Below are positions 1 to 9,812 of a stretch of 64,000 nucleotides of DNA, in pieces. The notes under the pieces were generated by a model, which was given only the letters and a program-made list of their open reading frames with translations, was not told the origin of the DNA and did not search any database. The stretch's first letter is position 1, and every line of letters starts with the position of its first letter. The DNA comes from Verrucomicrobiota bacterium (GTDB taxonomy: Bacteria > Verrucomicrobiota > Verrucomicrobiia > Methylacidiphilales > JBCBYL01), in NCBI GenBank assembly GCA_038748025.1, contig JBCDJI010000006.1:2416-66415 (forward strand), given 5' to 3'. Position numbers and translations under genes: made by a program.

Positions 1-738
1 GCAGTTGCCGGTGCGCTCGCCATAGCCGTTGATGGTTCCCTGCACCTGCGCGGCACCCGCATCGAGAGCAGCCAGTGCATTGGCAACGCCGAGGCCGCAG
101 TCGTTGTGGGTATGGATGCCGACTTTACAGTGGCTGCCGGTCACGGCATCGACTGCGGCGCGGGTGGCATCCGCTATTTCCTGTGGCAGGCGTCCGCCAT
201 TGGTATCGCACAGCACCACGTAATCGGCACCGGCATCCAAGGCGGCTTTCAGGCAGGAGAGGGTGTATGCGCGATGGGCATAGAAACCGTCGAAGAAGTG
301 CTCTGCATCGTAGATGACCTCGCGGTCGTTTTTTTTCAGGAATGCGGCCGTGTCTTCGATCATGTGCAGGTTTTCGTCAGGTGTGGTTCGCAGCACATCG
401 GTGACGTGATCGTAAGAGGATTTGCCGACAAACGTGACTGCGGGTGTTTCCGCCTTGAGCAGGGATACAACGTTCGGGTCTGATTCGACCGGGGCCTCCG
501 GAAAGCGGGTGCTGCCGAAGGCGGTGATTTTACAGCTGCCCCAGTTTACGTGACGGGCCTGCTGAAAGAACTCCATGTCCTTGAGATTCGAACCGGGGAA
601 GCCGCCTTCGATGTAATCCATACCGAAGGCTGCCAGTTTTTCAGCGATATGGAGCTTGTCCGACGCCGAAAAATGGATGCCTTCTGCCTGCGAGCCATCC
701 CGCAGGGTGGTATCATAGAGTGTCAAGTCCTGGTTCAT
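1..738 (-). CDS. cimA: (R)-citramalate synthase / 2-isopropylmalate synthase family, N-terminal 246 aa (rest of gene lies beyond window start)
   Basis: Own translation of the minus strand from ATG at 738-736: MNQDLTLYDTTLRDGSQAEGIHFSASDKLHIAEKLAAFGMDYIEGGFPGSN...GIHTHNDCGLGVANALAALDAGAAQVQGTINGYGERTGNC. Carries HMGL-like DRE-TIM motifs (LRDG.Q, H.HND.G, GER.GN). Absent from the ORF track because it runs off the edge. The + strand ORFs at 29-747 are antisense shadows. Confidence 0.85.
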   Translation of the reverse strand, partial: MNQDLTLYDTTLRDGSQAEGIHFSASDKLHIAEKLAAFGMDYIEGGFPGSNLKDMEFFQQARHVNWGSCKITAFGSTRFPEAPVESDPNVVSLLKAETPAVTFVGKSSYDHVTDVLRTTPDENLHMIEDTAAFLKKNDREVIYDAEHFFDGFYAHRAYTLSCLKAALDAGADYVVLCDTNGGRLPQEIADATRAAVDAVTGSHCKVGIHTHNDCGLGVANALAALDAGAAQVQGTINGYGERTGNC

Positions 739-904
739 GCACGATGATTTTACCCAAACCCTAAGGGGTGTGCTTTTAAATTGCAACGATTGTGATCCGG
801 CGGGGACCAGGGCCGGGAGAAACGTCCCGCGTATTTGCTGCGGTCCTGCACCGCTGATTCAGCAGCCTTGCTAGATCAGGTGCAAGCCTTATAGTAACAT
901 TCGA

Positions 905-1483
905 ATGAAATATAAGGTATTTCTTATCTTCGGTGCCCCGGGGTCAGGTAAGGGAACACTGGGACGCATTATTGGCAATATTCCCGGATTTTATCACATG
1001 GCATGCGGGGATGTATTCCGCGGATTAGATGTTTCCTCAGAGTTAGGGCAGAACTTCCTCAGGTATTCCAGCAAAGGCGAGCTGGTCCCGGACGGGATCA
1101 CGATTGACCTGTGGAAACAGCACATGGAAAAAATGGGTGGTCTCGGACGCTACAAGCCGGACATCGACCACCTGGTGCTGGACGGCATCCCCCGCAATGT
1201 GCATCAGGCTGAAATGTTGCGGGATGAACTGGATGTGAAGAAGATATTTTATCTGACGGTCGGGGACATGGAGGTGCTGATTGAACGAATGAAGCGCCGG
1301 GCGCTGAAAGACAATCGTCTGGATGATGCCAACGAAGAGGTGATTCGCCAGCGGCTGGAAATCTACGAAGAGGAGTCCAAGGAGGTGCTGTCGTTTTATG
1401 GTCCGAAGCTTTCGGTGCCGATTGATGCCAAGCAGTATCCCTATGAAGTGCTGCGGGATGTGCTGCTGGCGATCCGCACTTAA
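905..1483 (+). CDS. adk: adenylate kinase family / nucleoside monophosphate kinase
   Basis: P-loop GAPGSGKGT near the N-terminus, followed by ACGDVFR and LVLDGIPRN, which are typical of ADK-fold kinases. Length 192 aa. Confidence 0.7.
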   Translation: MKYKVFLIFGAPGSGKGTLGRIIGNIPGFYHMACGDVFRGLDVSSELGQNFLRYSSKGELVPDGITIDLWKQHMEKMGGLGRYKPDIDHLVLDGIPRNVHQAEMLRDELDVKKIFYLTVGDMEVLIERMKRRALKDNRLDDANEEVIRQRLEIYEEESKEVLSFYGPKLSVPIDAKQYPYEVLRDVLLAIRT

Positions 1484-1566
1484 ATGCAGAATGTAAAAGG
1501 TAAAAGTAAACTGCCGCATTTTGTGCTCGCTGAAAACTGAAGACCGATTACTGAATACTGAATTTG

Positions 1567-2514
1567 ATGCGCATCGTTTATCTGGGAACGGGGGAGATCG
1601 GGATTCCGGCGCTGGCTTGGCTGATGGACTCACCGCAGGTGGAACTGGCAGGTGTGGTAACGCAGCCGGACCGTCCGGCCGGTCGTGGTGAAAAACTGCG
1701 GGCAGGGCCGGTGAAAGTCTGGGCGCAGGAACGCGGGCTGGCCATTCAGCAACCCGCTTCAGTCAATAAGCCGGATGCGCTGGCGGAGCTGGCGGCCTGG
1801 CAGCCGGATCTGATCGTAGTGTGTGCCTTCGGCCAGATCCTTAAGCAGCCGCTACTGGAATTGCCGCCGCAGGGTTGCATCAATATTCACGCATCATTAT
1901 TGCCGCGGCATCGAGGTGCCAGCTGCATTCAGGCGGCTTTGCTGGCGGGGGATGAGTGCAGTGGTATTACCATTATCCAGATGGATGCCGGACTGGATAC
2001 GGGTGACATGCTGGCAAAACGCCTGGAAGCGATCGAAGAACATGATACCGCTGCGGTATTACATGATCGTCTGGCGGAGCTGGCGCCTGCGGCGCTGGAG
2101 CAGGCGGTCTCGCAAATCATCAACGGCACCGTGCAGCCGGAGGTGCAGATTGAAGCGGAAGCTACCTATGCGCCCAAGCTGGCGCGGCAGGATGGAGAGA
2201 TTGACTGGTCGCAGCCGGTGCGGGAGATCGCAACGAAGATGCGGGCACTCTACTCCTGGCCGGGAAGTTATACGTTTTACCAGAACGCCAGGGGCGAGCG
2301 GAAGCGTGTCAAGCTGTTGCCGCCGGTACGTGTTGATCCGGCATCCACTGATGAGGTGCCGGCAGGTGCACTGCGCGAGGATGAGTCCGGTGATATTCGA
2401 GTGGCAGCCGGTAACGGTGAGCTGGTGCTGGGGCAAGTGCAGCCGGAAGGCTCCAAGGTGATGACGGCTGCGGCATGGGCGAGAGGGGTGGATTTATCCC
2501 AGAAGCTGGGATAA
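1567..2514 (+). CDS. fmt: methionyl-tRNA formyltransferase
   Basis: MRIVYLGTGEIGIPAL...VVTQPDRPAGRG...NIHASLLPRHRGASCIQAA...GITIIQMD is the classic Fmt N-terminal formyltransferase signature, and a C-terminal domain follows. ATG at 1567 is preferred over the TTG at 1564. Confidence 0.93.
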   Translation: MRIVYLGTGEIGIPALAWLMDSPQVELAGVVTQPDRPAGRGEKLRAGPVKVWAQERGLAIQQPASVNKPDALAELAAWQPDLIVVCAFGQILKQPLLELPPQGCINIHASLLPRHRGASCIQAALLAGDECSGITIIQMDAGLDTGDMLAKRLEAIEEHDTAAVLHDRLAELAPAALEQAVSQIINGTVQPEVQIEAEATYAPKLARQDGEIDWSQPVREIATKMRALYSWPGSYTFYQNARGERKRVKLLPPVRVDPASTDEVPAGALREDESGDIRVAAGNGELVLGQVQPEGSKVMTAAAWARGVDLSQKLG

Positions 2515-2584
2515 ATTTAAAGCTCGAAAAGCGAAGTTCGAAATCCGAAACCAAAACGCAGAATCTAAAATCTAAAATCCGCAA

Positions 2585-3604
2585 TCAGTGGAGTGGCAGA
2601 TCGATGTAGACCGGGTAGTGGTCGCTGGCCAGACCGGCCTCATCGCCGCCGTAGACGTCTTTCCGTCTGGATGCCCCTTGCTGCAGGACATGAGCAGTGG
2701 AATCGTTCAATTTCCAACCGGATGACAGGAAGATATAATCGAAGGTGCTGCTGGGCCAGGGTTCACCCTGCTTGGCCGGAATAGTGATGCGTTCCTCTGC
2801 GGAGGCCAGCGTGAAGGTCTGCCTGAATCCAAGATCTTTCAGATCTTCAAACAGGTCTTCATCCGCAAAGGCCCGGGAGAAAAAGTCCGAATTAAAGTCG
2901 CCGACCAAAATTATTTTGTCACGATAAGGATCCAGGTTGAGACGGTCCAGGTCTGCCGCCAGTTCCCTGATGGCAGCGGTGCGTTTGGCAATGTTGCTGC
3001 GACGTTCTTGCGGATCATCGGCTCCGAAGTTACTTTTCAGATGCCCGTTGTAGATATGGATGGTGTGGTCGCCGATTTCAAATTGCGCGTGGAGCCAGCC
3101 ACGCGCCGGACGTGTGCGGCCCTCGAAAGTGCCGAAATCAATCTCCCGGACGGAGGACCACGGGTAGCGTGAGAGCAATGCACACTCCTGCCCGCCCCGC
3201 CTGACTTTTTCCTGCTCTTCTGCGGTGTTTGCCCGGTAGAAAAAGGAGATTGCCAGGTGCGACATGCCGGGAGGGTTTAAGTTGCGGTTGAGCAGTCGCA
3301 GGGCAGGCAGATTGCGGATTTCCTGAGCCAGTATGATGTCCGGCTGGATCTGGTTCAGCATACCGGCAACTGCGGCCACCTGATAGTTGACGTTGAGCTC
3401 CCGCATATCACGGCGTCCCGCGGGAAACCACTCGATATTCCAGCTGCAGATGCGAATAGACTCCGGGTCCTGCGGCGGTTTTTCCATTTCACTACTGAAG
3501 GTAAATGGAGTTTCAATACGAGGGCTGCCGGTATATCCGGCAGCAGCGTTTTTACCGGAAAACAGCACCGGCGCGACCAGCAGTATGAATAACGGAAGTT
3601 TCAT
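2585..3604 (-). CDS. secreted endonuclease/exonuclease/phosphatase (EEP) family protein
   Basis: N-terminal signal peptide MKLPLFILLVAPVLFSG. EEP motifs are present: CSWNIEWF, ILAQEI, GDFNSDF and SDHYPVYIDL at the C-terminus. Confidence 0.8.
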   Translation of the reverse strand: MKLPLFILLVAPVLFSGKNAAAGYTGSPRIETPFTFSSEMEKPPQDPESIRICSWNIEWFPAGRRDMRELNVNYQVAAVAGMLNQIQPDIILAQEIRNLPALRLLNRNLNPPGMSHLAISFFYRANTAEEQEKVRRGGQECALLSRYPWSSVREIDFGTFEGRTRPARGWLHAQFEIGDHTIHIYNGHLKSNFGADDPQERRSNIAKRTAAIRELAADLDRLNLDPYRDKIILVGDFNSDFFSRAFADEDLFEDLKDLGFRQTFTLASAEERITIPAKQGEPWPSSTFDYIFLSSGWKLNDSTAHVLQQGASRRKDVYGGDEAGLASDHYPVYIDLPLH

Positions 3605-3621
3605 ATAAACATCACCCGGCC

Positions 3622-5433
3622 TTACTGGAATGGCCAGAATACAGGAATTAAACAGGAGGCAATCAGCCAGTAAAGCAAGTTAAGCGGCAGCCCAACGCGA
3701 ACAAAGTCAGAAAAACGGTAGCCTCCGGCGTTATAGACCATGGTATTGGTCTGGTAACCGATGGGGGTGGAAAAAGCCAGCGATGCCGCCAGCATGACGC
3801 CAATCGTAAACGGGCGTGCATCCAGTGCCAGACTGGTTGCCAGGTTGTAACCGACCGGTGCCATAACCGCGGCGGTAGCATTGTTGGAAAGCAGTTCGGT
3901 CAACACACTGGTGAGCAAAATCAGCAAGCTCAGGGCGATGTAAGGCAGCCACGCTTCCGGCACCACATGCCCGGCAGCACCGATGACGGAGTCGGCAATC
4001 AGCTTGGCTGCGCCGGTGGTTTCCATTGCCAGCCCAACTCCCAACATTCCAAAGATTAGGAAAAGGATCGACCAGTCCACTGCTTTGATGGCGTCTTCAG
4101 GTGAAATGAGCCGCATCAGCAGGAGGAACACAGCCCCCATGATGGCAGCACCTACAATCGGCACCACGTTGAAAGTCGCCAGCAGAACTACGGCAGCAAT
4201 CGTTATCCATGCCCACACCGGCTGCTGATTCAGGGACTTTGGTTTTTCCGGTTCTGATATTTCATCCAGCAGCATCAGGTCTCCCTTGCTGCGCATTTCA
4301 TCAAAGCGCCATTCCGGTCCCAGCAAAAGGAGTGTGTCCCCGAACTTAAGTCGGATGCCGGAAAAGTTTCTGGTCAGGTTTCTTCCTTTACGGTGTACCG
4401 CCAGCACCAGCAAGCCTTGCCGTTGACGGAAATTGACTGCTTCGATCGTTTTGCCCACCAGGCTGGAATGTCGCGTGATGACACCTTCCATGATGCCTCC
4501 TTGCAGCGTGGAAAGTGCATTGACACCCCATGCTTCTGTTAATTCCTGCTTCAGGTGCATACCGTCGTCTCCAGTCTCCAGAGACTGAAATGCGGCAGAG
4601 ATGAGAATACGGTCGTAGGGTTCCACTTTGATCTGGGGCAGTGGCAGCATCAGCGTGGCACCCTGGCGACGGACTTCAATGATTCGGAATTCGTTCTGGT
4701 TTTGGCCGATTGCAATATTCAGCAACGGCTTTCCCACCCAGGTGGAATGGGGCTTAACCAGCAGTTGGCAGAAAAAAGTCCGGCGTTCTTCCTCACTCAG
4801 GGTCGCAGTAATATTGGAACGGTCCGGAATCAGTTTGGGTGATACGAAGGAAATATAAACAGTGCCGATCAGCAGCATTGGCACCCCGATTTTGGCCAAC
4901 TCAAACATGGAGAGCGCTGGCATGCCATAATCGACCATGATACCGGAGACAATAATATTGGTGGAGGTGCCGATCAGGGTGCAGCACCCGCCCATGATCG
5001 AGGCGTAGGAAAGTGGAATCAGCAGTTTGGAGGGGGCGATGTTGCGTGCCCGGGCCAGTCCCAGCAGTAGCGGCAGGAAGAGTGCCACGATGGGGGTATT
5101 ATTGACAAAAGCGGAGGCAACAGCGACCAGGGAGGATACGGTAAACAGGGTCGAGTTGAGTGAACTGGGCAGGTGATCACGAATCAGTCTGGTCAGCGAG
5201 TTCAGCCCCCCGGATTTATCCAATGCGAACGTGATAATGAACAGTGCACCAATGGTGATCGGGGCCGGATTACTGAAGACTGCCATGGCCTGTTCCACGG
5301 AGAGTATACCGCAGGCGATCAGCAGCGAAAAGGCGGTCATTGCCGCGATTTCGGGAGCCACCCACTCCTGAGCCAGACAGATAACAGTCGCTGGCAGCAG
5401 GATGAGCACGAAAATGATCTCAAAGGTCATCAC
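3622..5433 (-). CDS. SLC13/DASS-family anion permease with central tandem TrkA-C (RCK_C) domains
   Basis: 603 aa with multi-TM halves flanking a soluble segment of about 200 aa (LVKPHSTWVGKPL...VEPYDRILISA / ITRHSSLVGKTI...LKFGDTLLLLG). This architecture is typical of CitT/SLC13-like permeases. Confidence 0.75.
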   Translation of the reverse strand: MMTFEIIFVLILLPATVICLAQEWVAPEIAAMTAFSLLIACGILSVEQAMAVFSNPAPITIGALFIITFALDKSGGLNSLTRLIRDHLPSSLNSTLFTVSSLVAVASAFVNNTPIVALFLPLLLGLARARNIAPSKLLIPLSYASIMGGCCTLIGTSTNIIVSGIMVDYGMPALSMFELAKIGVPMLLIGTVYISFVSPKLIPDRSNITATLSEEERRTFFCQLLVKPHSTWVGKPLLNIAIGQNQNEFRIIEVRRQGATLMLPLPQIKVEPYDRILISAAFQSLETGDDGMHLKQELTEAWGVNALSTLQGGIMEGVITRHSSLVGKTIEAVNFRQRQGLLVLAVHRKGRNLTRNFSGIRLKFGDTLLLLGPEWRFDEMRSKGDLMLLDEISEPEKPKSLNQQPVWAWITIAAVVLLATFNVVPIVGAAIMGAVFLLLMRLISPEDAIKAVDWSILFLIFGMLGVGLAMETTGAAKLIADSVIGAAGHVVPEAWLPYIALSLLILLTSVLTELLSNNATAAVMAPVGYNLATSLALDARPFTIGVMLAASLAFSTPIGYQTNTMVYNAGGYRFSDFVRVGLPLNLLYWLIASCLIPVFWPFQ

Positions 5434-5488
5434 AGAAGAAGATTACAGCAGAAATAAACCCTTCCCGTCTATGCGAGAATGTTCCGGG

Positions 5489-6652
5489 TTAAAAGCTCAA
5501 AATACGACCGCTGTCGCCGGTAAGCGCAGCATCCGGATGATGCGTTGAGCGGTTCTGGTCCAGTTCAATGACCGAGCTGCGGACCACAATTTCGGTGGGT
5601 GTTAAAATCTTGACCGGCAATTGAGCGGCCTGCATTTCGTTGAGCAGGTAATTGGCAGCGATCTGACCCATATTGGGGGCGTAGATGTCCACGGTCGTCA
5701 TCGCAGGGTCCAGCAGGGTTCCGAAATAGTTATTATCAAAACCCATCACGCTGATCTCTTCCGGTACTTTGATGTCCAGATGATTCAACTCAGAGACGAG
5801 TTCAAAAGCTTCGCGGTCCGAAGCGCACAGGACGGCAGTCGGGCGGTGTTTCATACGCAGGATAACATCTGCGGCCCGGCGTGCTGTCAGGTCGTTATGG
5901 GCTTCGGAAAAGGCAAGTTCACTGTGTGCCGCCAGATGGTGCTGGCGCATAGCGCGCTGGTAGGCATTGTAGCGTTCATCGTATCCGTCATGGATGGAAA
6001 GTCCGGTGGCATACATGGAGATGTGGCGGTGATGACGCTCAATCAGGAACTCAATGGCCTTATAGATGCCGGCACAGTCATCAATACTGATGGTGCCGAG
6101 TTCTTCTTCATACATGGTTGCGTTGCCCAGGATGAGCGCGGGAATCTCGGAATCAATCACATAGCGCCGGACGGCAGGTTCCGTGCGGCTGACCAGCACG
6201 CAGCCCATGCCGCCATCGTTACGGAATTTGGATATGGCCTGAATTTTGTCTTCTACCGAGGTAAACCCGTATAGAATCTGCACCTCGTAGCATTCCTGAA
6301 ACATGATTTCTTCAAATCCGATCAGCCAATCCTGAAACAGACTTTGCCAGCCGGTGAGCGCATCGGTATTGACCACGAAAGCGACCGTTCCCATCTTGTT
6401 GACAGTGGCCTGCTTGATGATATCCCAGCCTTTTTGTATTTTGCCGGGTTTGATAATATTCTGTGCAGCGAGCGTATTGATGGCCAATAGCAGAGATGAG
6501 CGGGGGATACGCAACAGGCGACTGAGTGCGGCATCATCCGGGATGTGATCTCCAAAATAGTTGCTGCGTATCAGCGCTCTCAGGAGAACCAGTGCTCTTT
6601 CTTTGCGGTCGAACGATAGTTTAACGGTTTCTTTTTTTCGCATATCGCTCAT
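5489..6652 (-). CDS. transcriptional regulator, winged-HTH (GntR-like) N-terminus plus LacI/PBP1-type sugar-binding domain
   Basis: N-terminus: LLRALIRSNYFGDHIPDDAALSRLLRIPRSSLLLAINTLAAQNII. C-terminus resembles a periplasmic-binding fold (VLCASDREAFELV..., ISVMGFDN). Confidence 0.65.
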   Translation of the reverse strand: MSDMRKKETVKLSFDRKERALVLLRALIRSNYFGDHIPDDAALSRLLRIPRSSLLLAINTLAAQNIIKPGKIQKGWDIIKQATVNKMGTVAFVVNTDALTGWQSLFQDWLIGFEEIMFQECYEVQILYGFTSVEDKIQAISKFRNDGGMGCVLVSRTEPAVRRYVIDSEIPALILGNATMYEEELGTISIDDCAGIYKAIEFLIERHHRHISMYATGLSIHDGYDERYNAYQRAMRQHHLAAHSELAFSEAHNDLTARRAADVILRMKHRPTAVLCASDREAFELVSELNHLDIKVPEEISVMGFDNNYFGTLLDPAMTTVDIYAPNMGQIAANYLLNEMQAAQLPVKILTPTEIVVRSSVIELDQNRSTHHPDAALTGDSGRILSF

Positions 6653-6762
6653 CAGAATCTGATTCTACCCTGCTACAAAACTGATGACAAGCGCTTTGGC
6701 TAAAAGTATCGCAATTAAAACTTTAGGGTTGATGCAGGCCGGAGAGCGGGGAATCCGGAGCA

Positions 6763-7398
6763 TTACTGAAACTTTTGCCAGTATAGGGATGCTTTATCGC
6801 GGATAAATTCAATCGGATCGGGAGAGGGAGTGTCCCGATAGATATTCATCCGCTCGGAAATGTCCAAAATATACTGCCGGGTGGTCGGGTAATCCATGAC
6901 TTGCATGAAAGCCTCTGCCTGGAGTGAATCGATCTGTCGGGACCAGCGCCGGGCGTGAACCGGGCCCGCATTGTATTCCGCCAGCGCAAAAGGGATGGGA
7001 TTATCGGCGTCCTGCCAGCGTTTCAGCGCACGGGAAAGGTACCAGGTGCCGGCGCGGATGTTGGTCCGGGGATTGAACAGGCTGTCGGGATTGAAATGTT
7101 CCTTCTTTTCATGCCTGGCCCAGTCCATACCGGCAGCGGGGGTAACCTGCATTAAACCGCGTTCGTCCGCCGCGCCGTGGGCATCATAGCGGAACCGGCT
7201 TTCGCGCCAGATAACGGCTTTGATCAGCTCCTTCGGCACGTCATAGCGGCGAGCCGAAGAGAGGATGATGGAATTATACTGTCCCTGTTCTTCCAGCTCA
7301 ATTTCCCACCAGAAAAGCGTGGCAGCCACCAGCAAAATAGGCAGGATGGACACGGCAATCAGGATGCCGGCGTCGCGAAGTCGGATGCGTTTGTTCAT
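6763..7398 (-). CDS. lytic transglycosylase (SLT domain) with N-terminal membrane anchor
   Basis: SLT catalytic region ESRFRYDAHGAADERGLMQVTP...AEYNAGP. Start at MNKRIRLRDAG (ATG 7398-7396) is preferred, because the longest ORF (to 7455) would overlap the divergent priA start. Confidence 0.8.
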   Translation of the reverse strand: MNKRIRLRDAGILIAVSILPILLVAATLFWWEIELEEQGQYNSIILSSARRYDVPKELIKAVIWRESRFRYDAHGAADERGLMQVTPAAGMDWARHEKKEHFNPDSLFNPRTNIRAGTWYLSRALKRWQDADNPIPFALAEYNAGPVHARRWSRQIDSLQAEAFMQVMDYPTTRQYILDISERMNIYRDTPSPDPIEFIRDKASLYWQKFQ

Positions 7399-7449
7399 GA
7401 GCGTCAGAACTAAAGCATAAGCCCCTTGCCCATGGGAAGCGAATAGAAG

Positions 7450-9696
7450 ATGCAACTAAACGGAATGCTTGAATTCACTCAAACTGGACGGTTGGTCCGA
7501 GTGGTGCCGGAGTGTGCCTGGGAGCGATGTCTGGACTACATCCTGCCACCGGAGTTGGCGGAAGCGGTGGAGCTGGGTCATCGGCTGCGGGTGCCGTGGG
7601 GACGCCAAGACACCTTTGCCTATGCGGTGGCTTTTCCGGACGAGCCGGAGGTCGAGAAATGCCGCAATGTGCTGGAAGTGGTCGATCCTGATCCTCTGAT
7701 TCCACCGGTGCTGATCCGGATGGCACACTGGATGGCATCGTATTACTGCTGTGAGATCACCCAGGTGCTCAAGAGCATGATTCCGGACCTGCTGCGTTCG
7801 CGGGAGCGTGGATTCAAAGAGCAGCTGTGGGTGGATGCTGTCGTGGAATCGGTTGAACGGGCCGGTCTTCCCTCATCTGCCAAGGCGCAGCAGCGGGCGT
7901 TACATGCAGTGCTGGCGCAGGGCGGTGGCTGGCTGGCGGTATTATGCCGGGATAGCGAAACTACTCAGGCGACCTGGCGTGCGCTGGAGAAGAAGGGTTT
8001 GGTCACACTGACTGCGAAAGCCAGGGAGCGTGATCCCTTCCAGGCCGGGGCGGGCGTAGAGGAGGCTGAACTGGTCCTGACGGAACAGCAGCAACAGGTG
8101 CTGGACGAGATTCAAGTGGAGCGACAAGCAGAGTCGTCCCGTCCCATTCTGCTGCACGGAGTAACCGGCAGTGGCAAAACGGAAATCTACCTGCGGCTGA
8201 TTAATGAAGTCATTCAGGAAGGGCGCCAGGCGCTGGTGCTGGTGCCGGAAATTTCACTGACTCCTCAGACGGTGGAACGGTTCCGGCGCCGTTTCGAACA
8301 CACCGGAGTCCAGCTGGCCGTGCTGCACAGCCATCTCTCCTCCGGCGAACGGCATGACCAGTGGCAGCGCATCCGTAAGGGGGAGGCGTCGATTGTCATC
8401 GGAGTGCGGTCCGCGATCTTTGCCCCGTTAACCCGCACCGGGGTGATCATCGTCGACGAAGAACACGATCCGAGTTTTAAACAGGAAGATGCCCCGCGGT
8501 ATCACGCGCGGGATCTGGCAGTGCTGCGGGCCGGGTGGGAACAGGCGACGGTCGTGCTGGGTTCCGCTACGCCATCCTTGGAGTCGGTGCAGAATGCCCG
8601 CACTCAGAAATACCGGCTCACGCAGCTGACCCGGCGCACGGACCAGCGGAAATTACCGGTGATTCATGTGGTGGATTTACGCAGTGAAAAGCATTCCGGT
8701 CCGGATGCCTTGATGCTGTCAGAACCGCTGCGGCAGGCGATTCGTAAACGGTTGGAGAATCAGGAGCAGTCGATTCTGTTTCTGAATCGCCGTGGCTTTT
8801 CCACCAGCCTGCAATGTCCCAAGTGCGGCTATGTGGCGGAGTGTCCGGAATGCTCGGTGCCGATGACCTATCACCGGACAAGTGGAGAATTACGCTGCCA
8901 TTTATGCGATCACTTTGACGATGTGCCGCAGGATTGCCCGGACTGTGATTTTGCCGGTTTCAAATACAGTGGCACCGGCACTCAGCGAATTGAGGAAGTG
9001 GTGGCGCGCTTGTTTCCTGAGGCACGCTGGCAGCGGATGGATTCGGATAGCATGCGTGCCAAGGGAGCCTACCAGGAAGCACTCACCCGGTTCCGGCGAG
9101 GGGAGCTGGATCTGCTGATTGGCACCCAGATGATCACCAAGGGGCTGGACTTTCCCAATGTGACTTGCGTTGGAATCATTAATGTGGACGGTGCATTGCA
9201 GCTGCCGGATTTCCGGGCTGCAGAGCGGGTATTTGATCAACTGGTGCAGGTGGCGGGTCGGGCAGGACGTGGCGAACGTCCGGGTGAAGTCTTTTTGCAG
9301 ACCTTTACCCCGTTTCATCCGGCAATCCAGTTTGCACGGCATCACGATGTCACCGGATTTATTGATCACGAACTGGAATTTCGCCAGGCACAGCAGTTTC
9401 CGCCGTATCGTCGCTGTGCGGTGGTCATGATCCGGGCACGGGATGAAGATAAAGCGCGGTTTTGCGCGGAACAGGTCAGCAAGCGGCTCGAGCGTTTTCA
9501 GTCGCAGGAAATTCAAATTTCAGCGGCGGGTCCGGCGCCTATTGAACGGATCCGCAATCAATACCGTTACCAGGTGATGTGCTTTACCTCTAATATGCCC
9601 GCGCTCAGCCGTCGTATCACGCGTGTCTTGCTGGGAGAGCGCTGGCCGGAAGGGGTCGTTGTGACGGTGGATATTGATGCGATAAAGTTGATGTAG
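7450..9696 (+). CDS. priA: primosomal replication restart helicase PriA
   Basis: Walker A GVTGSGKTEIY, DEEH box, Cys-rich zinc insert CPKCGY...CPEC...CHLC...CPDC, and a C-terminal helicase lobe (GTQMITKGLDFPNV). Length 748 aa. Confidence 0.93.
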   Translation: MQLNGMLEFTQTGRLVRVVPECAWERCLDYILPPELAEAVELGHRLRVPWGRQDTFAYAVAFPDEPEVEKCRNVLEVVDPDPLIPPVLIRMAHWMASYYCCEITQVLKSMIPDLLRSRERGFKEQLWVDAVVESVERAGLPSSAKAQQRALHAVLAQGGGWLAVLCRDSETTQATWRALEKKGLVTLTAKARERDPFQAGAGVEEAELVLTEQQQQVLDEIQVERQAESSRPILLHGVTGSGKTEIYLRLINEVIQEGRQALVLVPEISLTPQTVERFRRRFEHTGVQLAVLHSHLSSGERHDQWQRIRKGEASIVIGVRSAIFAPLTRTGVIIVDEEHDPSFKQEDAPRYHARDLAVLRAGWEQATVVLGSATPSLESVQNARTQKYRLTQLTRRTDQRKLPVIHVVDLRSEKHSGPDALMLSEPLRQAIRKRLENQEQSILFLNRRGFSTSLQCPKCGYVAECPECSVPMTYHRTSGELRCHLCDHFDDVPQDCPDCDFAGFKYSGTGTQRIEEVVARLFPEARWQRMDSDSMRAKGAYQEALTRFRRGELDLLIGTQMITKGLDFPNVTCVGIINVDGALQLPDFRAAERVFDQLVQVAGRAGRGERPGEVFLQTFTPFHPAIQFARHHDVTGFIDHELEFRQAQQFPPYRRCAVVMIRARDEDKARFCAEQVSKRLERFQSQEIQISAAGPAPIERIRNQYRYQVMCFTSNMPALSRRITRVLLGERWPEGVVVTVDIDAIKLM

Positions 9697-9812
9697 ATAT
9701 CTTATGGACGGATACTTATGATACTATTTTATCTTACTTATTACAGGCAGACAGCGGTCCGCAGTGCTGAAACGCAATTCGCTCTGACGATAAGTTTGCA
9801 GGAATAGGACAC

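Noticed and set aside
29-747. Several + strand ORFs (29-223, 75-317, 106-483, 550-747).
   Set aside because: The minus strand encodes an unmistakable citramalate/isopropylmalate synthase N-terminus across the whole interval.
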